A stretch of DNA of 64,000 nt from Botryllus schlosseri (taxonomy: Eukaryota), in contig CM119378.1 in assembly GCA_051294905.1 (NCBI GenBank), positions 2,110,001 to 2,174,000 on the forward strand, read 5' to 3'. Below the pieces are notes generated by a model. The model was not told where the DNA came from and made no database searches. It saw only the letters and a list, made by a program, of their open reading frames with translations. The translations under genes were made by a program, and so were the position numbers. Each line of letters begins with the position of its first letter. The first letter of the stretch is position 1. Shown here one piece after another: positions 25,785 to 38,110 of this stretch.

Positions 25785-27475
25785 GTTTATTTGCAATTTT
25801 ATCAGTTCAATACACCACAAAAATGCGATACAATGAAAAGATAGGAAGGCGTCCAAGCGACTTGGAGTAGTCTATGGAATCAGACACCCACCTTGGCCTA
25901 GGCGATGTAAAGAGGAGGCATGCACATTGCACAATTGCACACTGAGTGAAAAGTAAAGAAGATAGTATAGAAAAAAGCAGGCAACAAGAAATGGATGGCA
26001 TGTCATGGAAGGCAAGATCGATAGGTCAGCCGTGTTCCGGTAATCTTGAGGATGGACTAATATTCATTTAGTAGGGTTACCAATGTCCTCTTTTAGGGGG
26101 ATTTGCTCTCCTTTTTCGGGTATTTGAAAATGTCTTCCGAGGACGCCTTTGAATGTCCTCCTTTTTAAGACTTTGTCCTCTTTTTGAGGAATTTTGGTCA
26201 AATTTATAGCAAAATACGACTGAGATGCCGTAAATCAGTACCGAGGTAACGCTCCGGTGGGTATTTCGGGAGCTGAGCGAAAGTTGATCTTTTTTTAGTC
26301 AACTGACTACGAAGTGGTAGAAATTTACCACTTTTTCAGGATTTTCCACCGGCATTCTGTGCAATGTTCCCTCTAAGCTGCGCACGCGCGCAAATGCGCA
26401 GTACGGACAAGGTCTCTGCGCAGTGCGCACAGAAAATCTAAGTTGCGCACAAAAAATCCAAAGTGATGACCTTTTTTTTAATCGTTACGCACTGTTGTCC
26501 AATGGCCTGCGCAAAGAGTTGGTGAGAGTGCGCAGATGCGTCAAAAATTAGTGGGAACATTGATTCTGTGTTTGAAAATTTTGAAAAAGTGTGCTCCTTT
26601 CCCGATTCCAAAATATGGTAACCCTACATTTAGTAGTAATTGCTTGTATTTCGACTTATATGTGAACATGCTCGTCGACTGTCGGATGAGCGGCGGGATA
26701 CTGTTCCACATAGCGGGTCTGGCATATTTGATGGAGCGATGATCTTTTAGGTCGATCATATGATATTTGGACGACGTGGAAGCGCGTGTGTTGTACTTGT
26801 CATTGAAATATTCGGGACGACGACCGCAGCGGATCTGATACATAAACTTGTCGATTTCTAGTTTCCGCATATCATCTATGTTTAGGACACTGAATCTCTT
26901 CAGCAGCGACTTGTGGGTGGACATGGACAACCAGGCCCCTGTGGGGCCCTAGCTATGATACGGAGTACCTTATGTTGTAGTTTTTGCAGTGGCTCGAGAG
27001 TATCAGAAGAACCCAGGATGGCATGAAGCGTTTAAGGCTGTAGAACAGGCCGCATTTCGGTGACAATTTAGTGTCTATGGGAACGAATATGACTTTTTCA
27101 GGACATGTCCGAGTCCAGTAAAACCCCGAGATATTTTGCATTAGCCTATCTGTGTTGGAAACGGGCTGACCATCGATGTTAACGGTTAGGTTATTTTTTT
27201 GAATTTACTATCAGCAATAATTGGGATTTCGAGGCGTTCATGCAAAGGTTATTTTGGCCCGTCCACTCATGCACTTTGGGCATTTGGTCACCAGTCAGGG
27301 CATCCAGCTCTGCCGTCGATGATGCGGAAGAGAGGAGGTGAGTATCGCCAGCGAACAGTGTGGTGTTCAATGAGGAGGTTTCAAAGATATCGTTGACATA
27401 TAAGGTGAAGAAGAGGACCGGTTCAAGTACTGAGCCTTGGGGTACACCACAGATTGCTTTTTTACAGGGACCAGA
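25785..27475 (-). mobile_element. Decayed LINE (reverse transcriptase C-terminal half and 3' UTR), interrupted by MITEs
   Basis: Minus strand reads CGVPQGSVLEPVLF at ~27410-27452 (GVPQGSVLGP motif) and LFAGDT (YADD-like); typical LINE C-terminus (ARPAMWNSIPPLIR); 3' UTR similar to 19173-19430. Confidence 0.8.
26072..26626. mobile_element. hAT-type MITE containing a nested MITE (26362-26562)
   Basis: Outer TAGGGTTACCA...TGGTAACCCTA with CATTTAG duplication; inner CAATGTTCCC...GGGAACATTG with perfect TSD ATTCTGTG. Confidence 0.8.
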
Positions 27476-27494
27476 TTAGATATCCAGGGAGTAT

Positions 27495-27740
27495 GGCAAT
27501 CTACGGGAGCTATTTTCTCTGGGCTCCTCATCGCCGACCTCACTACTACGGTAGTGCATTGAAAAGCCCAGAATGAAAGTGAGCCGTGCTACAAGTCGGC
27601 AGCAACGACCACGATGGGGACGCATGGGAGCGAGAGAGAGAATGAAGAATGACTGCGAGAAAGATTGAAGGACGTTCCCAAGATTACAAAAAAAAAGCAA
27701 AGACCTCTGAACATTAAGAAATTCGTGTCGTGGAGCACAA
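27495..27740 (+). mobile_element. SINE fragment
   Basis: Core CTGGGCTCCTCATCGCCGACC...GAAAAGCCCAGAA; ends approximate. Confidence 0.6.
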
Positions 27741-27789
27741 GGCCTAAAAAGGCGATAAGCTTCACTGTCTTGTGCCCATTCCTACATAC

Positions 27790-28885
27790 ATACATACGGG
27801 AGCTATTATGTCAGCATCAACCAAACTATCAATTTTCTCCTTCACTTGTGCTTCAAGTTCCAGGGGTATTTTGCGAACAGGCATCTGTACAGGATTGATG
27901 ATGTCATCAATTTCCAGATGAAGTTTACCCTCTAGCTTTCCCGTACCATTGAACACATCCGAAAATTGTTCACATATTTGATCAAATTCCATTGTGGCAA
28001 AATTGGCGAATTCAGGATCCTTCGCTGTAAGAGCTTGTACTGAAGGTTCCTCGGTCATTATGTTTTCAAAATTGATCGTAATTAGTTCCATCCTTTGAGC
28101 ATCTGCGGAACCTATGATGGAATTGTTCGGCTTCTCAACCACTACAACTTCTAGCAAGTGTTTTTCACCATTCGTTGTTATTCCGAGAGGCCTTATCACT
28201 TCCTTATTATATACAACCAGTCTCATAGAAGTAGGTTTCAAGTTGAGCAATGAGCATTGTTGTGTCACCAGTTACATTAAAGTAATCTCGCCATAATAGA
28301 ACATTTACGGTTGCGCCACAATCAATTTGGAATTTTACATACATGTTAACCAGGTATAGCAGAGCAAATATTTTCTTAACATGGGATTCCTCCGTAGCAT
28401 CTCACATGTTCAAACGAAAGAACTTCGTCATCCTCTTCTTCATCCGACTCAATGCGATCAGCTGATATCATCATCACAGTTGCCTGACATGCCACGGCAA
28501 AATGGTCTTTTCCGTTACAGCGTGAACAAGTTTTGTCGTTAGCCGGGCAATATCGCCGACCAAAAACATGCACCTTTCTACAAAACTTGCACAGTTTGAG
28601 CAGCTCTTCCGATTGAGGTGTACTACCATCATATCCTCGATTCATTTTAGAGTCCCTTTCAGCAGTTGGCAATTTTCTTTGTTCATACTTATTTTGTATC
28701 GCATGAATTGCAACGTCATCTGACGTTAGAGTCATTTTTTCCATTTGCAGAGCAGTTGACTCGAACAATCTGCAGCTCGAAATACAGGAGTCCAATGTAA
28801 ATACCGTCTCTTGTAGGAGTTTTCTTCTCAGCACAACATCGGATATGTCGCACACAAATTTGTCTCTGAGAAGCTCATCCTCTAA
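27790..28885 (-). mobile_element. Ty3/Gypsy-type LTR retrotransposon gag-protease remnant (frameshifted)
   Basis: Gag LRDKFVCDISDVVLRRKLL; zinc knuckle CSRCNGKDHFAVAC; protease VKFQIDCGATVNV at ~28300-28340; pre-RT linker FSDVFNGTGKL...PVQMPVRKIP. Confidence 0.85.
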
Positions 28886-30023
28886 GGCAGGGGCGGGCAA
28901 CTTCTCCAGTCGGCGGGACGGATGTAGGACAATTAAGTACTTGGCGGGCCGGATAGCTGAATCGCTACATTATTCGCCCATTTATCCTCATATACAAGGA
29001 ATAAATCGCATGTAATGAATGTATTGTAACGGCAGCAATGTCATTTCAAGGACATTTCTCGCCTATAATGACGAAGACAATGTGGATTTGAGAACACCAT
29101 TTTAATACAGGCGCCGCCGTGTCTGCTTCTCTCTGATCAATCAACACCTGGTGCAATTCTTATTTGAGATTTCAAGACGTTCGATAAGCCCGGTACCCCA
29201 AATATACCAAGATATCAATTCATTAGGGTCGAGTACATCGTAAATGCCGATAATGAAACACAATATCCTTAACAATTAATAATTTGGGGCTGATTGTTGG
29301 GGTTCCAGGGCCATGAGCGGAATAAAGATTATATTTTCGCAAGCAGTACAACGTCAGCTTTCGATTGATACCCGGCTCATCAAATTTAATGCTGGGCAAG
29401 CCGGTCATCAATCACCGTCAATTTGACTTTGATAAAATGTAAAGTATGCATGACGTGAACCAATTTCATTGAGCCGTGAGATTTGCTTGTGTCGACACCA
29501 TATAGGACACTATGATGCCACCATAAGGAACATAATGCCTGTTTTCCATCACACGATAGATACTTTTGTGTATTTTCGACCATACCGATTTCATTTCACT
29601 TCTTGACAATGTTGTGGGATGATCATTACTTCAGGAATATAGTGTTTCCGGTAACGTTCGTAGCTTTGTACTATGTCTCATATGCTGCGACACGGCCAAT
29701 CAAGGTTTGAAGGCTTCCTCAGTGAAAACTATAATTCTCGTTAGCAAATTCACTTTCAGTTGCGAGGAGCGCATAATTTTAGTACTCGAACAAAATCTTC
29801 TTTTACTACTCGACTCGAATCATTAAAAATAATACTCGATTCAAATTCGAGTACTCGAATCATTGAGCCCAGCCCTAATGTCGAGCTAATGACAGATATA
29901 CATTTATTATGACTTCCATGTGCCATCAACCAGAGATGAGATAAGAGAAAATGCGGTCAAGCACGAGTGATGCGGTCATGCACAGTTGGGTAAGACATGA
30001 CGTCATACCTTGCTACTTTACAG

Positions 30024-30984
30024 CAGACTTGGACAACTAGATAATTCTAGTTGTATAATTTCACTAAATTGGAGCGAAATGCCTGTAATCTAATTTAATC
30101 TAATCTAATCTAATCTAATTTGTGAAACGTTTCTATGCTCTAATTCTAATTCTAATCTAATTCGTCAAATGGTCCTATGTGCTAATTTTAATTCTAATCT
30201 AATATATTGTTTTCCGGGAAATACCTTGTTGTCCGCGGCATTTTGCAGCGAGTTAACAAGAATATCCCTCTCGCGCAGGAAATTCAGTGCCAAGCCGCCA
30301 TCGCATTATATACACACCGTACTTACAATCATAATAGTAATTGTGACGAATAATGGCCATGAGTTAGTACAACTCCGAATCCGTTTCAGCTAGTGCGGAA
30401 TAGTGTTGCTGGGCACGGGCGAATAGCATATTTTGAAATAACAACAATAATAATTTGAAACTGAAATCAATTTCAGCATTTCAAAATGCTTTACTTCGCG
30501 GTCCTCCAAAATCACAAATCAGATCGCCGGCCGCATGTGGCCCGCGTCTTGGTGACACTTGGTGAGTTCAAAGCGAGCCAAGCATGGTGAACAGACGTTA
30601 ACCATTCTCGTGGTTATATGGGAACGCACTGTGATTTGATATGAACCGAACTTGATTTTTGCGGCATTTATTTCTCATTCACAATTTCACAAGTTTTTTT
30701 GCGAATTCCGTAATTCTAATTATAATCTAATTTTAATTTGGTAAAAGATGTGTAGCTTTAATTCTAATTCTAATCTAATTTGGAAAAATTGTGTAGCTCT
30801 AATTCTAATTCAAATCTAATTTCGAAAAATTGTGTAGCTCTAATTCTAATTCTAATCTAATTTGGAAAATATTGCGTAGCTCTAGTTCTAGTTTTAATCT
30901 AATTCGAAAAAAAAACTGTGTAGCTCTAATTCTAATTCTAATCTAATTTGAAAAACCTGACAATTTTCTTGTCGTCCAAGCTTG
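30024..30984. mobile_element. hAT-type MITE with an internal ~41-bp tandem array (30740-30950)
   Basis: CAGACTTGGACAAC...GTCGTCCAAGCTTG; TSD CTTTACAG/CTTTACTG; repeats of TGTGTAGCTCTAATTCTAATTCTAATCTAATTT; related pieces near 39000-39335, 45565-45820, 57700-58056 and 63340-63530. Confidence 0.75.
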
Positions 30985-31668
30985 CTTTACTGGGAGGCAT
31001 CATCATAATACATACAATAACCCACGTAACACTAATGTTACGCGTCGCCAGGTGAGAATTATGATGGCATTTCAAAACACAACAGTGCTTGTATGTGTAT
31101 CGTTGTGGTTCAAGTGTGTTCGTAGTCTAGTTCGAACGGATACGGGTTCCAAGTCTGTCACAGTCTAGCGTACAGCTATCATAATTCAATACAGCGTCTC
31201 ATCCTTTTGCTTTCCAGAATGGGAAGGCATCAGGAAGTCTTTTGCTGTTGACATGTCACATAATTACCATGCTATTATCACAATTCAAAAAGGCTACCAT
31301 GACGTTTTCGAGCATTGGAAGACACTGGGAAATCGAAAGCTGTTGGCATCGCATGAGTCAAGTAGTATATGCAACGAGTGTGAGAGGAACACAATTACCA
31401 CCACAACAATTACTTCAAGGACATGTGTCTAACGAGCGACTGCTCACAGCGTCACAATAGATAATCGTCAGATTTGATTATATTTGAACAAGACACACAC
31501 AAAGTACAATGCGATGTAATGAACAGATAGGAGGATGCCGAAGGACCAGTTGTGGTGGCAGTCTCTTGAACTTGCATCCACCTCGGCCTAGTGCCCGATG
31601 TCGCAGTTCTTTCTTCGATGTTTGTCTGTATTCCGCGGTTCGTTATTGCCCTTTCCATTATTTGTGAG

Positions 31669-32125
31669 TGTAGCGGTCGCTGCAACGGCTTGTTGCAAGA
31701 CACGCTGGTATAGTGCTTGATTGGAGTCGACGCTACAGCTTACAGTTCCTGTTGTACGCACTAGTCACTGACTAATGACCGCTCCGAGTATACTCTTGCA
31801 ATCCTGATCACACACGCAGATCCAAGGAGCTTTCTTTACTAGCACAGAACAGCCAAATAGTAGTAATCGTGGTCAGAAACTTGTAGATTTACCAGGTTCA
31901 AATCATACTGCAACATATTAACGAATATAGAAAGAACAAAGTTAGATGTATCTAATTGTATGTGTACGACTCTGCGACTGACTCGCGAACACACGCGCTA
32001 TGGCGCTACACTGGCATTCTCTCAAAGCACGTGGCTTGTGCTTCGCAGACTACTATATCAATAAGAGATTAAGGTCGTGGGGAATGAGGGAAGATTATTG
32101 GCACCCTGCTGGGACGGATCTTACA
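31669..32125. mobile_element. Solo LTR (457 bp) inserted in a SINE
   Basis: TGTA...TACA termini; 5-bp TSD GTGAG (31664-31668, 32126-32130); empty site at ~17371. Confidence 0.88.
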
Positions 32126-35100
32126 GTGAGTATGCTCTTTCATAGGGTCTCTTTTGTCGCCGTAAGAACAGCGACGTCGGGGAAGAGGTGCCCACAATAG
32201 CCTCCGTTGCGGAATCGAACCCGGGCGGCAGGAGCTTATATCGTCACCACTACGCTATCTCCCCTGCAAAACCTTCAATGATTATTATTGCGATTTTTGT
32301 CCATGACGTTCATTACATGGTAAGTTTAGTACAAAATTACTCATTTTGCTTATTTATCGTCCATAATCTGGGTCAAGGTCATCACTTTGACTCGGCTCCC
32401 GAATTACCTGCTTTTCTACGTATGCTGGTAACACTATAGGGCAATTTTTGTTGCAGTCAAATCCGTGGAATGTTGCATGTATTTTTCACGAAAGTTGCAT
32501 TTATTTTTCACGAAGTTGCACTAAAATGCTGCATTTATGGATAAGTTCCTTGAAATTAGGGTATGAGATACTCGAATCGATACGTATCCAAGGCACTGTC
32601 GCAAAACTCGGTGTTGGCGACTTCAACAAAAATCAACAGCCTGAAAAAAATTGACCCAGTGAAAATATAATTTCGGTGGTCTAGCCTGAATGTAGGCTAT
32701 ACGTCAAATCAGAAAGGACCTTAAATTTAAACGACAGTGAAATAATCAAGCAATCTATCTACATATAGTGCCAAATATTTTCAGTAAAAAGTTGGTTGCA
32801 TGAAAAATCGAAAAACTTGCAGAAATTTGCATGAGAATTCGAAAAAGTTGCAACATAAGAATCCTTCAAACAGCTTAAAACACCATATTCTATTACATAA
32901 CTTCCTAGTATTTAGCTGTAAAAAGATGTAAAAAAAGTTGCAAAAGTTGCAAAAACTTGCCCTAGAAATCACTGTGTCCAATAATATACAAAAGATTTGG
33001 AAACGAGTGCATGGTGCAGCTCGTTACGCGCCAGCATCATGACACCAATGGCAGTGGTTCAAATCCCTGTTCGGACCAACTTCTCTGTGCCGGAGGTTTC
33101 CGCTCGTCATCGCTAACCTCGCTGCGACTGCAGTGCATGAAAAAAAACCTAGAGTGAAGGTGAGCCGAGCCAAAAGTCGGCTGCAAAAGACTCAAGATAC
33201 GGACGCACGAAAAACGAAACTGACCGATGGTGCAAAGATGAGTTGTGCATGGATTAGGATTAGGATTTGAAAAAGATGGGATTTGTGAGACTTTGTCGGA
33301 TTTGGATTAGATTAGGATTACCGATTTGTTTCTGACCGGATTAGAATTTGGATTGGATTTACCGATTTTCTGTGGCGAATGGCCACAAACTTTATTCAGA
33401 TCAGTTATTAATGTACACTACACCGTGGTACACTTGGTGCCATAATGAACAGGAGAGGTGCTGCCCTATGCTAAGCTATCTTGTAAAAGAATAAATTCCA
33501 ATCCCCCCCTTGCATAAATTCGCATTTTTTCTGAATTTCAAGTTAGAATCGGATTAGGATTGGACGCGGATTTGAATATACAAAAGTTATGGATTAGGAT
33601 TTAGATTAGGACATAGAAATTACAAATCCGCTCATCTCTGCGATGGTGGGAGAGCCTGAGCATGGAAGTCGTCCGAAATTTGACAAAAAGGTTGCCGCAA
33701 AGAACACCAATGTTAATGAAATTACAGTGCTGGGTGCAAATGGGCAAAGGTCATTGACCTTATAGACCAGATAGACGCTAAGAGCCAATGTTGTGAATAA
33801 AACAATATACAGCATATTGTCTTCAACACGGGCTAGTACTATTTGATGCACCAACTAGAGCAGTGCTTCTCAACCTTTTTGACATCGGACCGGTGAACCT
33901 TAAAAGTCAGAATTTAGGCCTACCCTAAATTCTATTACGACAAATGTATGCAACTCAATTGTGTTATTGGAAACTTCATTCAATGTCGGCTTTCAGTTCA
34001 GTTTATTAGGAATTTTCATCAATTCAAAACACCACAAGACTGCGATAATGAAAAGACAGGAAGGTACCGAAACGACTTGGAGTAGTCTTTGAAATAAGAC
34101 ATCCCCCCAGGCCCACAGGCGATATAAAGAGAAGGCAAGCACACTAAAATAAAATTAAAAGAAGATAATACAAAAAGACAGGCGACAAAATGAGGTGGCA
34201 TGTCGCAGAAGCCGAGATCTATATATCAGATCGTGGTCCGGTAAACTTGAGGGGTAACTAGGATTTTGATATTAGATATGCATGCGTGCGTGATTCTGTT
34301 GACATTTCTGCAAGGCGCGGCTCGCGAAGTCCTGTTAAAGACCATTAACTTGATTGCGCATTGTTAGGTATCCTTTGAAAGAAATGCGACGTTGCTGTAG
34401 TGATATAGTGGCTCCTATATTACACGGCTTAATTGCACCGTCGGAATGTATTTATGTATATATTTATTCTTCACAGAAGTTGCACTAAAAAGTTGCATTT
34501 ATGGACAAGTTCCTTGAAATTACTAGGGTATGAGATACTCCTATCGATCGGTATCCAAGGCACTGTAGCAAAACTCAGTGTTAGCGACTTCAACAAAACA
34601 ATAGCAGCGTCAAAAAATTCACCCAGGGAAAATATAATTTTCAGCGGTCTAGCCTGAATGAAGCGATCTATTTACATAAGTGCCAAATATTTTAAGTAAA
34701 AAGTTGGTTGCATGAAAAATAAAAGAAAGGTGCAAAAAGTTGCATGAAAAATCGAGTTGCAATATCAGATTCCTCCAAACAGCTTAAAACTCCATACTAC
34801 ATAACTTCTGAGTATTTAGGAAGCTGCCGGAAGCTGTAAAAATAGTTGCAAAAACTTACCCTACTGATCACTGTCCGCCAAGAACTATATGTTACGACAC
34901 CATGCAGAAAACTACGTTCTCACGTTCTAAAACTAAATGTACAAGTGTGCAGCTACAGAATAAAAAGAATCGACCTGGTGTAAAGTACCATAATCGACAA
35001 ACGCCATGAATACCACACACAACAATTTAAAATTTGATATTTTATTTCTCGAAGTGTCAAGCGTCCAAATTCTTTCATTTTGGAATTCTCATATTTTTGA

Positions 35101-35266
35101 CAGACCGCCAGGAAACTTACCAAACTGACCGGCGGTTGAGAACCACCGTGTTTACAAACAACGCAAGCCACACGAGGAACGACATTGTCTGATTGACGGT
35201 AACTTCAAGTCTTAAATGTCAGTCAAACGATATATGGACGTTGACCGATAAAACTCGGTTTGCTTC

Positions 35267-36187
35267 CTAACAACGACGAAAAAAGACCAAGAGTACTTGA
35301 ATAAAATACTGGAAACTTGCTAGAATGCAAAACTGGTTAATCAAGACAACAATATTTTTAATCCCCCGATTACAGACGACAACGATCGTCCCCAATCCGC
35401 CCACCGCAGTAGCTAGTGGCGACATAAAGTCTATTACCATGACTACGATTGAACTTAGCAACGCACGTCGTATTGTTTCCGATATCTTATCCCGTTCTGG
35501 TTTTGTTGCGTTGTCGCTCATATTCCTCGATCTCTCCTTGACTTTGATCATGGGATAGATGAATAATCCTACTAGCGCAAGCTGGTTTAATGCCAGCACC
35601 CCAGTGATTATAAAAAATGAATATCCGGAGAGTGGGGCTTTATCATTATTCAAAATGTACGCGCATCCAAATTCCCCATACTCATATAGCGGTGGCTGGA
35701 CGTAAATTATCGTGAGGGTCACCGAACATACGATCAATGAAAACAAAACTACGAATCTGACATAGTGCACGGTTTTCGGTAAAAGCGATTTGACGACGAC
35801 GTTCGATGTGATGGAGTTCTGTCTTACCCACAAAAACATATAATTTGCACCCATTGCTACTCCAGAACCTACGGTGCTGATGTCGGAGAGCACTTCACAA
35901 TTACCGGCCGTTCCGATGAACGGTATCATCAAGTCTATGGTTAGTCTTGGAAGACTCACAAATATCGAAAGGAAGCAACCGAGATATAAGATATTATCGT
36001 CCATCCGAAGAGTCCACTTATTGGATCTTCTGCCATATTCCACTATGCTCGCGAGTACCCATATCGTGGTCAACGTTACTAAGATATTTAAAGCAGTTCC
36101 CAGTTGCGCAGCCGATTCTCCATATGATGCAGCGGTCGCAGAGCCGTTTTGGTTTGTTGAGGAGTTCAAAAACGTTTTGTTATCCAT
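35267..36187 (-). CDS. Intronless orphan 7TM / GPCR-like protein (306 aa), paralog 1
   Basis: Seven hydrophobic segments; N-terminal NxS/T sites; Cys at the top of TM3 (GNCEVL) and in ECL2 (EFGC); LWVRQ at the end of TM3; ATG chosen by alignment with paralogs. Confidence 0.85.
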   Translation of the reverse strand: MDNKTFLNSSTNQNGSATAASYGESAAQLGTALNILVTLTTIWVLASIVEYGRRSNKWTLRMDDNILYLGCFLSIFVSLPRLTIDLMIPFIGTAGNCEVLSDISTVGSGVAMGANYMFLWVRQNSITSNVVVKSLLPKTVHYVRFVVLFSLIVCSVTLTIIYVQPPLYEYGEFGCAYILNNDKAPLSGYSFFIITGVLALNQLALVGLFIYPMIKVKERSRNMSDNATKPERDKISETIRRALLSSIVVMVIDFMSPLATAVGGLGTIVVVCNRGIKNIVVLINQFCILASFQYFIQVLLVFFRRC

Positions 36188-36540
36188 TCCTATCGTAATC
36201 TTGACCGTCAGTCTCAAGTCTGCATTTCAACTATAATAGTCTGACGATTCTATACTATTAGGCTATCTCTCATGTGCAGGAAGTTCCTGGTGCAACATTC
36301 TTGCCCTACACTGCCCTTTGTGACAGTTATAGTAGTGATCCCTCGTATTGTCACTTGCCTTTCAGTGCCTGGCTGCCCAGGCGCACCGAGTGTTGGGCGC
36401 TCAGCAGCAGGAATGCGTTAATAAAGTCCCTGGAACATATCTTGCGTCGTGAACGATCAGCTACATAAAGATGAGGTAACGATCATTTTGTTACTGTATT
36501 CCATTCCATTATGTAGGATGCAAAGCTTGAAAGTCAACAA

Positions 36541-36945
36541 TAGGGCTGTTCAAAACAACTTAAGACGATGCAAAACAAATTTGACTCAATTGCAACTAGT
36601 ACAAGCGGAGTAACTTGAGTTTTTCTTTGATAATTCTCGGATTATCCACCGCTCAAGGATAAACTGAGTATTATCAACGAAAAACTCAAATAACTCCGCT
36701 TCTACCAGTTGGACTTGAGTTAAATTTGTTTTGCATCGTTTTTGAAGACAACTCAACAATTTCATGGGGTTGACAGAAAAATTTGAATTTTTTTTTCAAT
36801 TTTCCGTAATAAATTAAAAATTTGAATTGGCTCTGCGGCGGCTTATACTTGTTAGAATTGAACTAAATTCGGTGTGCAGGGTAACCTGACAATGTAATCA
36901 GTGAATGGCTGGAATCCGGAAGAAAGTTATTTTTGAACAGCTCTA
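36541..36945. mobile_element. hAT-type MITE with internal inverted repeats
   Basis: TAGGGCTGTTCAAAA...TTTTGAACAGCTCTA; TSD GTCAACAA/GTTAACAA; related to 55056-55678. Confidence 0.7.
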
Positions 36946-37124
36946 GTTAACAACTGTAGCTGCATAGACTACATCCGCGGAATAATATCAATATTGATTA
37001 TTGTTTCAATGCATCCTTACTCCTTATAGTGACAAGTCATTTATATACCTGCAATTCTGAACCTCATCAAGACTCATGGATTTTTCCTGTGCGAGTTCTG
37101 CTTCGCTCTTCATATTCTCTACTG

Positions 37125-38110
37125 CAGTGGTTCCCAACCTGTGGTACGCGTACCACTAGTGGTACGCGAAGGTCGTCCAGGTGGTACGCGGGTAGATTCT
37201 GTTTTTTTTCGACCGAAGGGAGTTATTAGTTAAGGTGGGGTTGAACACAAAGATCGTTTTCCAATAAACTTCAGGCTCAGCGTGGCCTCCTCGTAATCGA
37301 CTCTAGCTTCTCACGCTATTCCCCAGCTGCTAATTTTCCCTTCTACGTGGGAGTGCGAGCAAGGATTTTCATCTCTGATGACTATCAAGTCGAAGAAACG
37401 AAACCGACTTGTTGCGCCCATGCATGACTTTCGATGCGCTGTGAGCAAACATATGCCACGCATTGGCCAGATAGTGCAGTGGTTCTCAAACTGGGGGGCG
37501 TGAAAGCATCTGAAGGGGGCGCGAAGCTGCGGCCAACTGATAATTTTTTTCGCGCTTCGCGCGATTTACCTCCATTTCATTGCTTTTGCTCTGTGTATAG
37601 TCCTAATTGCATATTGAAGAATTCTCTAATCAACTGTCATAACCTTCCATGCCATAAAATTGTTCGTTGGGATTGCTAGCATTCTGGTTTCATTTTGTGA
37701 TATGACGATAAGGGGGGCGCGAAATTTTTCGCTATCATAAGCGGAGGCGTACGTGTCTAAAAAAGTTTGAGAACCGCTGAGCTAGTGGAAAATAAGCAAA
37801 TGCAGCCATCGCAATAAAACAATTGACGTTTGTTGTTTGCTGTTATTTCATTATTATGTTGTTCTTCTTGTGACTGGCGGTGAAAAAACAATTTCATGCA
37901 TCCCATCAACCCTGGGGCCTTTTGCTGATAATGCCTAGTTTAATAGTATTTGCTATTATGCCTCGCCTACGTCAAATACGTCATTATGACGTCAGAGACG
38001 ATGGAAACATTTTTGACCTCCTTCAGCGCGCGTAACTTATGTAGGTGGTACGCGAGCACTGCATAAAACCTCGAAATGGTTTGTGGGTGGGAAAAGGTTG
38101 GGAACCACTG
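37125..38110 (+). mobile_element. Internally deleted hAT (Buster/Charlie-like) element with a transposase C-terminal remnant and a nested MITE (37477-37779)
   Basis: TIR CAGTGGTTCCCAACCT; perfect TSD CTCTACTG; reads FPSTWECEQGFSSLMTIKSKKRNRL (hAT dimerisation-domain-like) at ~37337-37412. Confidence 0.85.

Larger units (their letters stand above)
31032..36501 (+). repeat. Segmental duplication, copy B (paralog 16744-23408)
   Basis: Collinear homology to copy A. Confidence 0.95.

Noticed and set aside
28886..28900. ORF start MPAPAL of the gag-like ORF
   Set aside because: Derived from an adjacent MITE end (CAGGGGCGGGCAAC); the gag is truncated there
30740..30950. CRISPR-like periodic repeats
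   Set aside because: No unique spacers and a eukaryotic context; an AT-rich tandem array within a MITE
36188..36217. TTG-initiated N-terminal extension of 7TM paralog 1
   Set aside because: Paralogs begin at the aligned ATG (MDN/MDF), so 36187 is the more likely start
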